Of a stretch of 64,000 bases of DNA, positions 40,358 through 49,338 are shown piece by piece. The translations under genes and the position numbers were made by a program. The first letter of the stretch is position 1. Every line of letters begins with the position of its first letter. Origin of the DNA: Promethearchaeota archaeon (lineage in GTDB: Archaea > Asgardarchaeota > Lokiarchaeia > Sigyniarchaeales > SOKP01); the NCBI GenBank assembly GCA_016930515.1, contig JAFGGO010000085.1:8740-72739 (forward strand), read 5' to 3'. The notes beneath the pieces were generated by a model that was given only the letters and a program-made list of their open reading frames with translations, had not been told where the DNA came from and made no database searches.

Positions 40358-41095
40358 TTATCTCCTTCTCTTGTTAAATTTATATAGAATATTAGTAGCC
40401 AAATCGTTTTTCTGAGTTGCACCTATAGCTATTTCTTCTTCAACAATATATTTATCGATTGGAACGACTTCTTGATGCTTGAGAATTGCCTTTTCTATTG
40501 TAGCCTTTAAAGTTTCCTCATCCGTGTCAAATCTTTTTAAAGTTTGAACTGTAAACACGGTATGTGGAAACAATGCAACAAAGGCCAAGATTTGGAGCCC
40601 ATAACCATAGCTAATGGTGTAGTTTAATTTAAGGTTGTTTTCTAAATCAACAATTTTGAGGAAAGGAAAATATAAATCATCTGAAAGGACATATTGATAA
40701 GGTAATATTACCAAAAAATACCCATTCAATATTATTAATAATAAATTACAATACGCAAATGGTTGTGATTGTCTTGTTGAGTTAGTTTTTTCGATTGTCT
40801 TAAACGCAACACCATAAACACAAATGAAAATAAGTACTATTACAATAACGCTTATTATAAAACCTTCTTGGAGAGATTTTGGATGATAACTTTCGTTAGG
40901 CGGATCGGCTTTTGAAATACTTGTATTCCATCCAATAAATAGGTTTAGTGTCCAGTCTACCATGAGCAATCCATCAGCAGAGTAAGCTTGAAATCGATAC
41001 CATTCAAAAAAAAAGGAAACAAATAAGATTGCCGTTCCTATTAGGAACATCCATTTGGAAAAGTCTGCATTACTGCTTTCGGAATTTGTTCCCAA
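40358..41095 (-). CDS. Hypothetical 4-TM membrane protein
   Basis: 245 aa with four hydrophobic segments, in the operon. Confidence 0.75.
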   Translation of the reverse strand: MGTNSESSNADFSKWMFLIGTAILFVSFFFEWYRFQAYSADGLLMVDWTLNLFIGWNTSISKADPPNESYHPKSLQEGFIISVIVIVLIFICVYGVAFKTIEKTNSTRQSQPFAYCNLLLIILNGYFLVILPYQYVLSDDLYFPFLKIVDLENNLKLNYTISYGYGLQILAFVALFPHTVFTVQTLKRFDTDEETLKATIEKAILKHQEVVPIDKYIVEEEIAIGATQKNDLATNILYKFNKRRR

Positions 41096-41102
41096 TGATA
41101 AA

Positions 41103-43142
41103 TCAATCCTCCAGGAATTTACTATATTTTCGGACCAAATTCTCGTTTAAATCGTTAAGGAGTTGATTTTTATACGAAGTGAATTCTAATTGTTCGGCTT
41201 TTACCTCACTTGCTTTCAGCGTATTTTTTATTTCCAAGTCAGATAGTAACTTAAACTTAACGGGATTCAAACCGTGCTCGTAAACAAATTGATCAAGGAA
41301 AGGACCTTCTAAACGATCGGCTATTAGAATTAAATCAGAATCGTCAATCTCTAAAGCACGTCCATATTCTCCGTCATCCTGTTGCTTTTTTAAATTTCGT
41401 TGACTTTGAAAAAATGAATATGAAATAAAGGATAGTCCCGAAATCATCAAAATCATCATTCCAAAACTCACCATCAGAATGGGAAAAGTCATTGAACGAT
41501 TAACCACGGTAAATAATAGCAATCCAATACCAAATAAGGAAAATGGAATTGAAAATATTGTTGCTTTTTTTAAAGTTTTATCGCAGCTATTAATATATTC
41601 CTCAAGAAAAGTCTCGTTCTTTACAAGCGAATTTGTAATGAAGTGTTTTTTTTCCAAATAATCTAATAAATCAGAGAGTTGGGATTCGCTAACCACATGC
41701 ATATTTTTCTTTTTCTGATAGGCAAAAGGAACTTTCAATGCTTCGAGAAATCTAACATCTCCTTTTGAAACGAGTATTGGTGTAATTATAGTTTTTATAA
41801 CTAGTTCTTTTGTTTTTAATATCCTTGTATTACCAGAGAAAGGTTTTTGAACGGATAAATCCTCTTGAAAATATTTAGATAGATAAGAAAGAACGGATCC
41901 TGCCTTATCGATGTTAGATAACAATTTCTGAGTAGTTATTTTTAAAGCCTTAATTCCAGATTCTACGAGCAAGCGTTCCTTGTAAGGATTTAACGAATCT
42001 ATTCCTGCTTTGGGATGATATTTGATCTCTTCTTCTCCGATTTTCAGATCTCCCGTGGTTTTGGCGAGCTTAATTGGCACGATGAGAACAATCTCCATCA
42101 AATCAGACACTTGGACGCTTTTAATCCCAATTGCATCTACTTGTTGGAATAATTCTATATACATTGTTTTTCTTGAAGGAAGTAATGAGAAACCTCCAGA
42201 ATGAAGAAAATTCTCAATTTTTCTGATCAAACTAGAAGATTCTTTCCAATCCAATAGTTCATCCTCAAGCTCTGCTCTATTTTCGCTCTGGTTTTCTTGA
42301 AACATAGAATTTTTTAGAATTTTTTTTTGAAGAGTGCAATTAGTAACTTGTTGGTTTTTATCTTCTTCAAAATCCTCAATGTTGAAATCAGGAAGATTCT
42401 CCTCTACAGATTCAGTTTCTATCAAATCATATATTTCTTCAATATCTAGTCTATTCTTAAGAGAATCATCTATATCTCCCAAAGTTTCAATTTGCTCTAA
42501 ACTTTTAATCGATGCATTATCAGCATTTAAGGTTAATTTTATATCTATTGATTTTGCATCTTTTTCTTCAAATTTAGACTTTACAGGAACGAAGTTTTTC
42601 AAGCTTTCTTGCTGCATTTGATATTTAGCTGCTCTAATATATTTCTCAGCGGATTTTGCTGCAATTCCTTTTATCGAGCATAATTGACCGATATTTTTGG
42701 ACGCTAAATCTTGAAGGGTATGAATTCCTGCTTGTCTAAATAAATTGGCAGTTGTCACACCAATTCCGTTTATTTGACTAATATCTGTCGTTCCTTTCTT
42801 TACGCTCGCCACGAAAGGCTTACTAGTATCTTCTTTAGAATTAACTTCTTTGACGACCATTTCTTGTTCTCCTTTAGGTGTTATAATATCAGCAACGTCC
42901 GCGATAGCTTGCTTCTTGTCCGTATCTGAAATTATAATTTTAACTTCCGATAAAATACTTCGAAATAAATTTATCCACTTTTTACTCTGAATTTTTTCGG
43001 ATATTTCGATTCCTTTTCGAATTAAAACGAGCGCTTGTTCGTAATCGAGAGTTTCAATGGCTTGATTTACGCTATCTTCAAGAATCGTGAGATCCCATTC
43101 TACTTCGAGGTCTTGTTCGTCAATTTGATCGATTGTAGTCAT
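41103..43142 (-). CDS. Membrane-anchored helix-hairpin-helix DNA-binding protein
   Basis: INGIGVTTANLFRQAGI..LQDLA...IKGIAAKSA (double HhH), acidic linker, two TM near the C-terminus. Confidence 0.8.
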   Translation of the reverse strand: MTTIDQIDEQDLEVEWDLTILEDSVNQAIETLDYEQALVLIRKGIEISEKIQSKKWINLFRSILSEVKIIISDTDKKQAIADVADIITPKGEQEMVVKEVNSKEDTSKPFVASVKKGTTDISQINGIGVTTANLFRQAGIHTLQDLASKNIGQLCSIKGIAAKSAEKYIRAAKYQMQQESLKNFVPVKSKFEEKDAKSIDIKLTLNADNASIKSLEQIETLGDIDDSLKNRLDIEEIYDLIETESVEENLPDFNIEDFEEDKNQQVTNCTLQKKILKNSMFQENQSENRAELEDELLDWKESSSLIRKIENFLHSGGFSLLPSRKTMYIELFQQVDAIGIKSVQVSDLMEIVLIVPIKLAKTTGDLKIGEEEIKYHPKAGIDSLNPYKERLLVESGIKALKITTQKLLSNIDKAGSVLSYLSKYFQEDLSVQKPFSGNTRILKTKELVIKTIITPILVSKGDVRFLEALKVPFAYQKKKNMHVVSESQLSDLLDYLEKKHFITNSLVKNETFLEEYINSCDKTLKKATIFSIPFSLFGIGLLLFTVVNRSMTFPILMVSFGMMILMISGLSFISYSFFQSQRNLKKQQDDGEYGRALEIDDSDLILIADRLEGPFLDQFVYEHGLNPVKFKLLSDLEIKNTLKASEVKAEQLEFTSYKNQLLNDLNENLVRKYSKFLED

Positions 43143-43170
43143 GTATAGATCGCCTTACAAATACAACCGT

Positions 43171-43188
43171 TATATTTAAAGAAAAAAA
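43171..43188 (-). promoter_or_regulatory. T7-C-TTTAAATATA promoter motif
   Basis: TATA ends about 30 bp before ATG 43142; the same motif precedes other cluster operons. Confidence 0.6.
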
Positions 43189-43305
43189 GGAAAAAATGGA
43201 AAAATGAAGTAAGGTGTTGAAATTTAGATAAAATTATACTCTTTTGAACTTAAGATAATACTATAAACAAAATCATCGATAGAAAAATTAATTAATCTGT
43301 AATAT

Positions 43306-45294
43306 TTAACGATTGAATTCTATATTATAATTTTCTGTCTCCATATATACTTTCACACCTGCGTCTTTTAAGGTGTCGAGAATTTTAAAAGATTCAATGT
43401 CACCTTGTTCGATAAAGGGGTTGTTTATCAACCACACTTCTTCGAGTGAATTTAAGGAAGAAAACGAATTGGGAAGCGATATCAAAAGGTTGTTATGCAG
43501 GTACAATTTTCGAAGAGATGAAAGGTTGCCAATCGATTCGGGTAGCGTTTCTAGGGCGTTATTTTGGAGGGAAAGGATTTCAAGAGATGAGAGGTTTCCA
43601 ATGGTTTCTGGTAGCTTTTTTAACCTGTTCCACGAGAGATTTAACTCTTCAAGGCTTGCAAGATTCCCAATTGAGTCAGGAAGTTCACTCAAGCGGTTAT
43701 CGTAAATTAGTAACTTTTTAAGTGAATTGAGTTTACCTATAGTTTCGGGTAAAGAAGTCAAGATATTTCTTTCCAGAGAAAGCCCTTGGAGCATTACAAG
43801 GTTTCCGATTGATGTTGGAAGCGTGGAGAGTTGATTGTCATGAATCCATATTTCTCTCACTAGTTCAAGATTTCCCATGGATTCAGGGAGTTTATGTAAT
43901 TGATTTGATTGGAGGAAAAGGAACCTGAGTGATGCGAGGTTTCCAATTGATTCAGGAAGTTCCCTTAATTTATTAGTGAATAACCACAGTTGTTGGAGTG
44001 AAGTGAGATTCCCAATAGTTTCTGGAAGATATTCTATTTCATTTTTTTGCAGGTATAATATTTTAAGGGATAAAAGATATCCAATTGATTCTGGAAGCTC
44101 CTTGAGCATGTTCGCTTCTAAATCTAAAGTGAGTAGGTTATGGATGTTTCCAATAGATTTTGGAACTCTCAATAACCGATTATTTGAGGCTAAAATAACT
44201 TGTAATGAAGTAAGATTAGAGATCGTCTCGGGAAATGATTCAAGTAAATTATTTGATATATAGATTTTTTCTAAGCAAGAAAGATCACCAAGAGACTCTG
44301 GAAGTTCCTTTAATAAATTATTTTGCAGATAAATCCTTTTAAGAGAGCTTGATTTGCCAATATTTTCTGGGAGCGAAGAAATCCTGTTAAATTGAGCCTC
44401 CAACGCTTGAAGCGAATAGAGTTTCTCAATATTGTTAGGCAAAGATTCGAGTTTATTATTACCTATTGACAAAGATTTTAACGAAGACAAGTTGCCAAGA
44501 GATTCTGGAAGGTAAATTAAATTATTTTCGCTAAGATCCAAGATTCGCAATTTTTCAAGGTTACCGAGAGAATCAGGAACTTCAATCAACTTATTACGCC
44601 TTATATTTAATTCTCTGAGCGTTTTAAGGTTGCCCATCCATTCAGGAAGCGTTTTTAATCGATTGTGTGTCAACCATAACTTTTTGATGGTAAGGTGATT
44701 TTTTAATCCCTTAAGAAGATTGAGATCGGTAATGTACTTTTGTCGAAGGTCTAAAATGTTCTTGACCGTGGGGATTGATTTGAAGTAATGTTGAATGGAT
44801 TTTGATACAACTTCGATTTCCTCCTCATTGAAATAGCTTAGATAAGCTTGCTCTAAAAGGTATTTAACAACCGAGGGATAACCACTCGATATTCGCTTGG
44901 CGATTTCATCTTTAAAGATCTTTTTAGCTAGGGGATCCCCAACTTCTGACAGTTTTTTAAGCAAGGGAAAAGAAAGATTGCTGTGAAGCAAACGCGTGTC
45001 GTAATTATTTTCATTCCAGGTTTGAAGGTTTGAACAATGTCCCCAGAATTCTTGAATTGGTGTAATATCGTGAATTCCCCCCTCGTATATTCGATTATTA
45101 TGTAAGGTTTTGAAAATTTCAGATGCTTGATCGATGGTATCTATTTGGTCGTATTCGGATGCTTGATCCTTAAAAATTTTCAGGACAAGTCTCATGCATT
45201 GTAAGAACTTTTCTCCGTTAATGTATATGAAAGTTTTATCGTCTTCAAGTCTTAGCTTTATGTAGGCATTGACCGTAAATTCCATGGAATCCAT
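43306..45294 (-). CDS. Leucine-rich repeat protein with Lokiarchaeia-type N-terminal domain
   Basis: About 19 repeats of 23 aa LPESIGNLxxLxxLxLxxNxL; N-domain EFWGHCSNLQ.W...YDTRLLHSNLSFPLLKKL. Confidence 0.92.
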   Translation of the reverse strand: MDSMEFTVNAYIKLRLEDDKTFIYINGEKFLQCMRLVLKIFKDQASEYDQIDTIDQASEIFKTLHNNRIYEGGIHDITPIQEFWGHCSNLQTWNENNYDTRLLHSNLSFPLLKKLSEVGDPLAKKIFKDEIAKRISSGYPSVVKYLLEQAYLSYFNEEEIEVVSKSIQHYFKSIPTVKNILDLRQKYITDLNLLKGLKNHLTIKKLWLTHNRLKTLPEWMGNLKTLRELNIRRNKLIEVPDSLGNLEKLRILDLSENNLIYLPESLGNLSSLKSLSIGNNKLESLPNNIEKLYSLQALEAQFNRISSLPENIGKSSSLKRIYLQNNLLKELPESLGDLSCLEKIYISNNLLESFPETISNLTSLQVILASNNRLLRVPKSIGNIHNLLTLDLEANMLKELPESIGYLLSLKILYLQKNEIEYLPETIGNLTSLQQLWLFTNKLRELPESIGNLASLRFLFLQSNQLHKLPESMGNLELVREIWIHDNQLSTLPTSIGNLVMLQGLSLERNILTSLPETIGKLNSLKKLLIYDNRLSELPDSIGNLASLEELNLSWNRLKKLPETIGNLSSLEILSLQNNALETLPESIGNLSSLRKLYLHNNLLISLPNSFSSLNSLEEVWLINNPFIEQGDIESFKILDTLKDAGVKVYMETENYNIEFNR

Positions 45295-45421
45295 CCTTAC
45301 CCAATTTTAAAATTAATGAACTTAATAATATTTAAATAATCCCTTAAAAGAAATTGCTATCGAATTTGCGTGTTCAATTCTTTAAAAATCTAATGGCAAT
45401 ATTGGTTCAAAAATATTTCTT

Positions 45422-45436
45422 TTTTTTGTTTATATA
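45422..45436 (+). promoter_or_regulatory. T-run-G-TTTATATA promoter variant
   Basis: In a divergent intergenic region, 54 bp before ATG 45491. Confidence 0.4.
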
Positions 45437-45490
45437 TACTGATAACACATACAAATCAATGTATTTATCAATAAAACGAGGTATTATAAA

Positions 45491-45802
45491 ATGGTAATAA
45501 CAGAAAAGAATCTTAAAGATATCGTAAAGTACAAGCAAAACACGAAAAATGCTCATAAATGCCCATTTTGTAAGAAAAAGATAGAAATTGGAATTGAATA
45601 TGAAATGTTGAGCAAGTTGAAAGAAGAAAACCGCTTTCCATACCCTCACGTGGTATTACACGGTAATCCTCTTCATGCAATGGTGTGCTATATAGATAGT
45701 AATTTAACTGTAAGAAATGTGAGCGTCATCAAGAGTGTTGAAATATCTCGCGATTCAGAAACATTTGCACAATTGATGAATAAATGGGCAAATCCGTATT
45801 AA
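45491..45802 (+). CDS. Small putative Zn-binding protein
   Basis: CPFC plus H.VLHG.PLH...YID.N..VR; 14 bp upstream of the helicase. Confidence 0.75.
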   Translation: MVITEKNLKDIVKYKQNTKNAHKCPFCKKKIEIGIEYEMLSKLKEENRFPYPHVVLHGNPLHAMVCYIDSNLTVRNVSVIKSVEISRDSETFAQLMNKWANPY

Positions 45803-45816
45803 TTCGGTGAAAAGCC

Positions 45817-48336
45817 GTGGATTTAATCGATTTTGCAAGCGAGACGAAAAAATCGCAACTTTTAAAGGACAAGAAGGACGAAATTTTTGCCTATATATCT
45901 GACGAAAGAATTTTAAGGGCCCTCTTCGAATCAAAAATTTTTAGATTGAGGAATATTCAGAAGGAAACTATAGAAAAAGGTCTTTTTTTTGGGAAATCAT
46001 TTTTAATATGTGCTCCGTCTGGGAGTGGAAAAACGCTAATTGGAGAGTTGTGCGCCGTGAACACGGCACTTCAATGCTTAGGCAAGGCGGTATATCTTGT
46101 TCCTTTTAAAGCTCTTGCTACTGAAAAATATGTTCACTTTAAAAAAACTTATGAAAAATATGGCTTGAAAGTGATACTTTCCATTGGAGATTACGACGCT
46201 GAAGATTCGGAATTGGCTAGGGCAGACGTGATAGTGACAACATACGAAAAATTGGATTCCTTGGTCCGAAACTTCCATTATAAGGAATGGATTTTCGAAA
46301 TTACGAGTATTATTATCGATGAGATTCATATTATTGGCGAAGGCGATCGCGGCCCTCGTTTGGAGTCCTTGATCGTGAGACTCAACGATTTTTTAAACCA
46401 CCCCCAGATCGTAGGCCTCTCCGCAACTATTGCGAATCCAGAAACGTTTAATTCTTGGCTATCTTCACTCGGAAATATATCTACTCTTATTTATTCAGAT
46501 CATCGACCTGTGCCTTTGCATTACAACATACTTCGCACTCAAAACAAGGAATCAACTATCAAGAAATTAACGAGCAAGACATTGGAAGAAGGAGGTCAAG
46601 TTGTGGTTTTTTTAAACACGAGAAAAAATACAAGGGAACAGGCCTTTAACTTGAAAGAAACCGTAAAACGCTTTATCATAGAAGAAGATCGCCAAAAACT
46701 CGTTAAGATAGCTAATGACTTGAAAGAAGTGAAGGGTTTTAATCAAGATTTAAAGAAGATACTCCTCAATGGTGTAGCATTCCATCACGCAGGGCTCTTA
46801 CCAAAGGAACGAAAGCTCGTGGAGGATAACTATCGACAAAAGCTAATCAAGGTACTTTGCTGTACAACCACGCTTTCGGCAGGTGTAAACATACCTGCTC
46901 GAGTCGTCATTTTAAAGAACTTTAAAAAATATGTAACCTCTGGAAAAAGGATTGGTAATTTCGAGGGTTTTCACGAGAATAGTGATGGATTTACCTACTT
47001 TAAAGCGTTTACATCAAATGAGGTCTTTCAAATGCTTGGAAGAGCAGGAAGACCGGGCTTAGATAGCGTAGGAAGAGGATATATCTTAGTAAAAGATCTT
47101 GAAGAGAAAGAATGGGTGGAGGAATATTACTTTAAATCGCTTGATATTCAATCGCTTGAATTGATACCTCGATATAACGACCTGCTTTCCTCTCTGAACA
47201 ATATGAATACTCTCATGGAACAAACCTTATTGAGAGTATATGAAGAAGAAAAAGTTACTCTCGAAAGAATTGTTTCTTTTTTTGAAAAAACCTATTTTTG
47301 GTATAATACCAAGGAAAATGATAGGATGCGTCAAATTCCAATTGAGGAACTATTGATGATTCGCGAGATCTCAGCATTGAATGTGCTTAAATTGCATTCC
47401 CATCCAAATAAAGTAGAGGAATTAAAGAAAAGAGACAATGGTGTAAAAATCACGGGTTTAACAAAATCGACGATTAATGGATATGTCAAATCGGAATTTG
47501 GCGTTTTCTCCTGCCAGTTCGACATAAATACGGGTGTTCGATGTAGTTGCGGGTTTGAGAATGGGATTTCAGATAATTTTGCAAAACAAGAATTTTCGTT
47601 TGAATTTTGCGACCATATAACCTTGTTTCTAATGCACCTCCTCAAGCGAGATCAAGGCAATTTCTTAAAACACATTAATGATATCGTTCCTAAATCCGTC
47701 AAAAATCAATATGTGCTCAATTACTTGTTCGACAAGGGTCTTTTACTTAAGATTGCAGGAGAAAACATATGTTGTTCAAGATTTGGTCGTTTGATCGTTT
47801 CTCTTTATTTATATCCCATGTCCGGAGTGTTAATAAGACATCGTCTTGAAAATATCGAAATAAAGACATATAAGGACCTCATCACGGAAGCTTACGGCAT
47901 ACTTAAAGCGGAAAAAAAGGTTCGAGACAACAAGATGCTCCTTCCTGTTGTAGAATACGCCGACGAGGTACCATTGGATCAAATCATTGAAGATCACGGA
48001 ATATTTGCCGGGGATTTATACGCGGTTAAGAATAACATGGAACGCGTCATGGTATTCATAAAAGAAATTGCCAGACATTTGAGCGAAACCGATCCTTCTC
48101 TCGTTGAGGTAACTGAAATGGCCGAAACCTTAACTATAAGATTAAAGCACGGAATTAAAGAGGAGTTATTTGACTTGGTATTGAGGCTTCCAAATGTAGG
48201 AAGGTCGAGGGCTCGAATTCTTTACGACGCTGGCTTCCACACAGTAGAACAAGTAAGAAAGCAGAACTACTACTTGCTTCACAGAAAAACGGGATTAGGC
48301 GTTCGAACTTGTAAGAAATTAGTCGCCAAGGAATAA
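45817..48336 (+). CDS. Ski2-like SF2 helicase (Hel308/Hjm family) with inserted SWIM Zn finger and C-terminal HhH
   Basis: APSGSGKT, DEIH, GLSAT, HHAGL, QMLGRAGRPG; CSC-x19-CDH; LPNVGRSRARILY.AG. Confidence 0.9.
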   Translation: MDLIDFASETKKSQLLKDKKDEIFAYISDERILRALFESKIFRLRNIQKETIEKGLFFGKSFLICAPSGSGKTLIGELCAVNTALQCLGKAVYLVPFKALATEKYVHFKKTYEKYGLKVILSIGDYDAEDSELARADVIVTTYEKLDSLVRNFHYKEWIFEITSIIIDEIHIIGEGDRGPRLESLIVRLNDFLNHPQIVGLSATIANPETFNSWLSSLGNISTLIYSDHRPVPLHYNILRTQNKESTIKKLTSKTLEEGGQVVVFLNTRKNTREQAFNLKETVKRFIIEEDRQKLVKIANDLKEVKGFNQDLKKILLNGVAFHHAGLLPKERKLVEDNYRQKLIKVLCCTTTLSAGVNIPARVVILKNFKKYVTSGKRIGNFEGFHENSDGFTYFKAFTSNEVFQMLGRAGRPGLDSVGRGYILVKDLEEKEWVEEYYFKSLDIQSLELIPRYNDLLSSLNNMNTLMEQTLLRVYEEEKVTLERIVSFFEKTYFWYNTKENDRMRQIPIEELLMIREISALNVLKLHSHPNKVEELKKRDNGVKITGLTKSTINGYVKSEFGVFSCQFDINTGVRCSCGFENGISDNFAKQEFSFEFCDHITLFLMHLLKRDQGNFLKHINDIVPKSVKNQYVLNYLFDKGLLLKIAGENICCSRFGRLIVSLYLYPMSGVLIRHRLENIEIKTYKDLITEAYGILKAEKKVRDNKMLLPVVEYADEVPLDQIIEDHGIFAGDLYAVKNNMERVMVFIKEIARHLSETDPSLVEVTEMAETLTIRLKHGIKEELFDLVLRLPNVGRSRARILYDAGFHTVEQVRKQNYYLLHRKTGLGVRTCKKLVAKE

Positions 48337-48394
48337 AAAATTCTTTATTCCAAACCCCTCTAGTTCTTTTGATAACCCTCACTTTGAATATAGA

Positions 48395-48410
48395 TTTTTT
48401 TCTTTATATG
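48395..48410 (+). promoter_or_regulatory. T7-C-TTTATATG promoter variant
   Basis: About 50 bp before ORF 48462; could also be the helicase terminator. Confidence 0.35.
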
Positions 48411-48461
48411 TATCAATTGTAATATCATTGTAAAAAATTTATCCTAAGATAAGCGATTCTC

Positions 48462-48764
48462 GTGATTGGCAATTCAACTGAAAAAAAAAAAGATGCCAAA
48501 TCGGATAATCCAAATATGTCATTACCAGAAGGAAAGGACTTAGTAAAAGAATGCTCTGAATCAAGCATTCAAAGGATCAAAAAGAATCTTGTTAAAAAAC
48601 TAAATATTGAATTGAGCGAAAACTTATCGATAATCGCTCAAATTAACGATTTATTACTTACTTCGAATTTAATGCCAGAGGAAAAAAAGCTTGAATATTG
48701 CAAAGGTCAGCGCCATTTTATGAAGCAATATTTAAAGTATATTTCGCTAAAATATGGATTATGA
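48462..48764 (+). CDS. Hypothetical protein
   Basis: 100 aa charged helical ORF. Confidence 0.55.
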   Translation: MIGNSTEKKKDAKSDNPNMSLPEGKDLVKECSESSIQRIKKNLVKKLNIELSENLSIIAQINDLLLTSNLMPEEKKLEYCKGQRHFMKQYLKYISLKYGL

Positions 48765-48822
48765 AATCGAAATTGGATATTGTTTGTGCTAAAAATCCCT
48801 CAATGTTATTTTTTTTGTTCCT

Positions 48823-49338
48823 TTATTTCTGGATATAAAATAAATCTTCTTGCGTCTTTTTCAAAAAACCTTCTCGAAAACAGATATCTATAAATCTTTT
48901 AACTTTTTCTTTTGAAATTCCGTGATCTTCGGCAAGCATGTAAATGACATGTTCCGGAAATCGTTTAAATCTTTGATCGAGTTTTCTTAAAACCATTTTG
49001 AAAAAATCGTATTTAGTAAGTTCTTTGTTGCTATAAATATTATCAAAATTACTCGAATTAGAAATACTATAATCTCCATCTGCTGAAAAATCTGGAAGTC
49101 TACCTGTTTCTTTTAAGGACAAGCTATTTTGCAGTTCAATTAATCTTTTTCTTGCGGCAGTTGCTCCCTTTATTACTTCTGAAGTCGATTCTAATTGAGT
49201 AACTATGTGAAAATGCCCGCATCTCAAGCATTTTTTACGTTTTTGAGTCGTCTTCACAAGCGAATAATTATTACACTTGAAACAACAAAATACGAAATAG
49301 GGAGTTACGTCTTTTTTCCATCCCCTTTCTTTCATCAA
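48823..49338 (-). CDS. Zn-ribbon protein (DUF1922-like) with C-terminal winged-helix
   Basis: CFKC...KKCLRCG; C-terminal LAEDHGIS.EKV..FI....REG helix-turn-helix; overlaps the hef stop. Confidence 0.7.
   Translation of the reverse strand: MMKERGWKKDVTPYFVFCCFKCNNYSLVKTTQKRKKCLRCGHFHIVTQLESTSEVIKGATAARKRLIELQNSLSLKETGRLPDFSADGDYSISNSSNFDNIYSNKELTKYDFFKMVLRKLDQRFKRFPEHVIYMLAEDHGISKEKVKRFIDICFREGFLKKTQEDLFYIQK

Noticed and set aside
43373-44263. Plus-strand ORFs and the 69-bp periodicity as a possible CRISPR or DNA repeat array
   Set aside because: Periodicity is explained by the minus-strand LRR codons; there are no identical repeats with unique spacers
45407-45649. 80-aa hydrophobic minus-strand ORF
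   Set aside because: Antisense to the Zn-binding protein gene; hydrophobicity reflects AT-rich sequence
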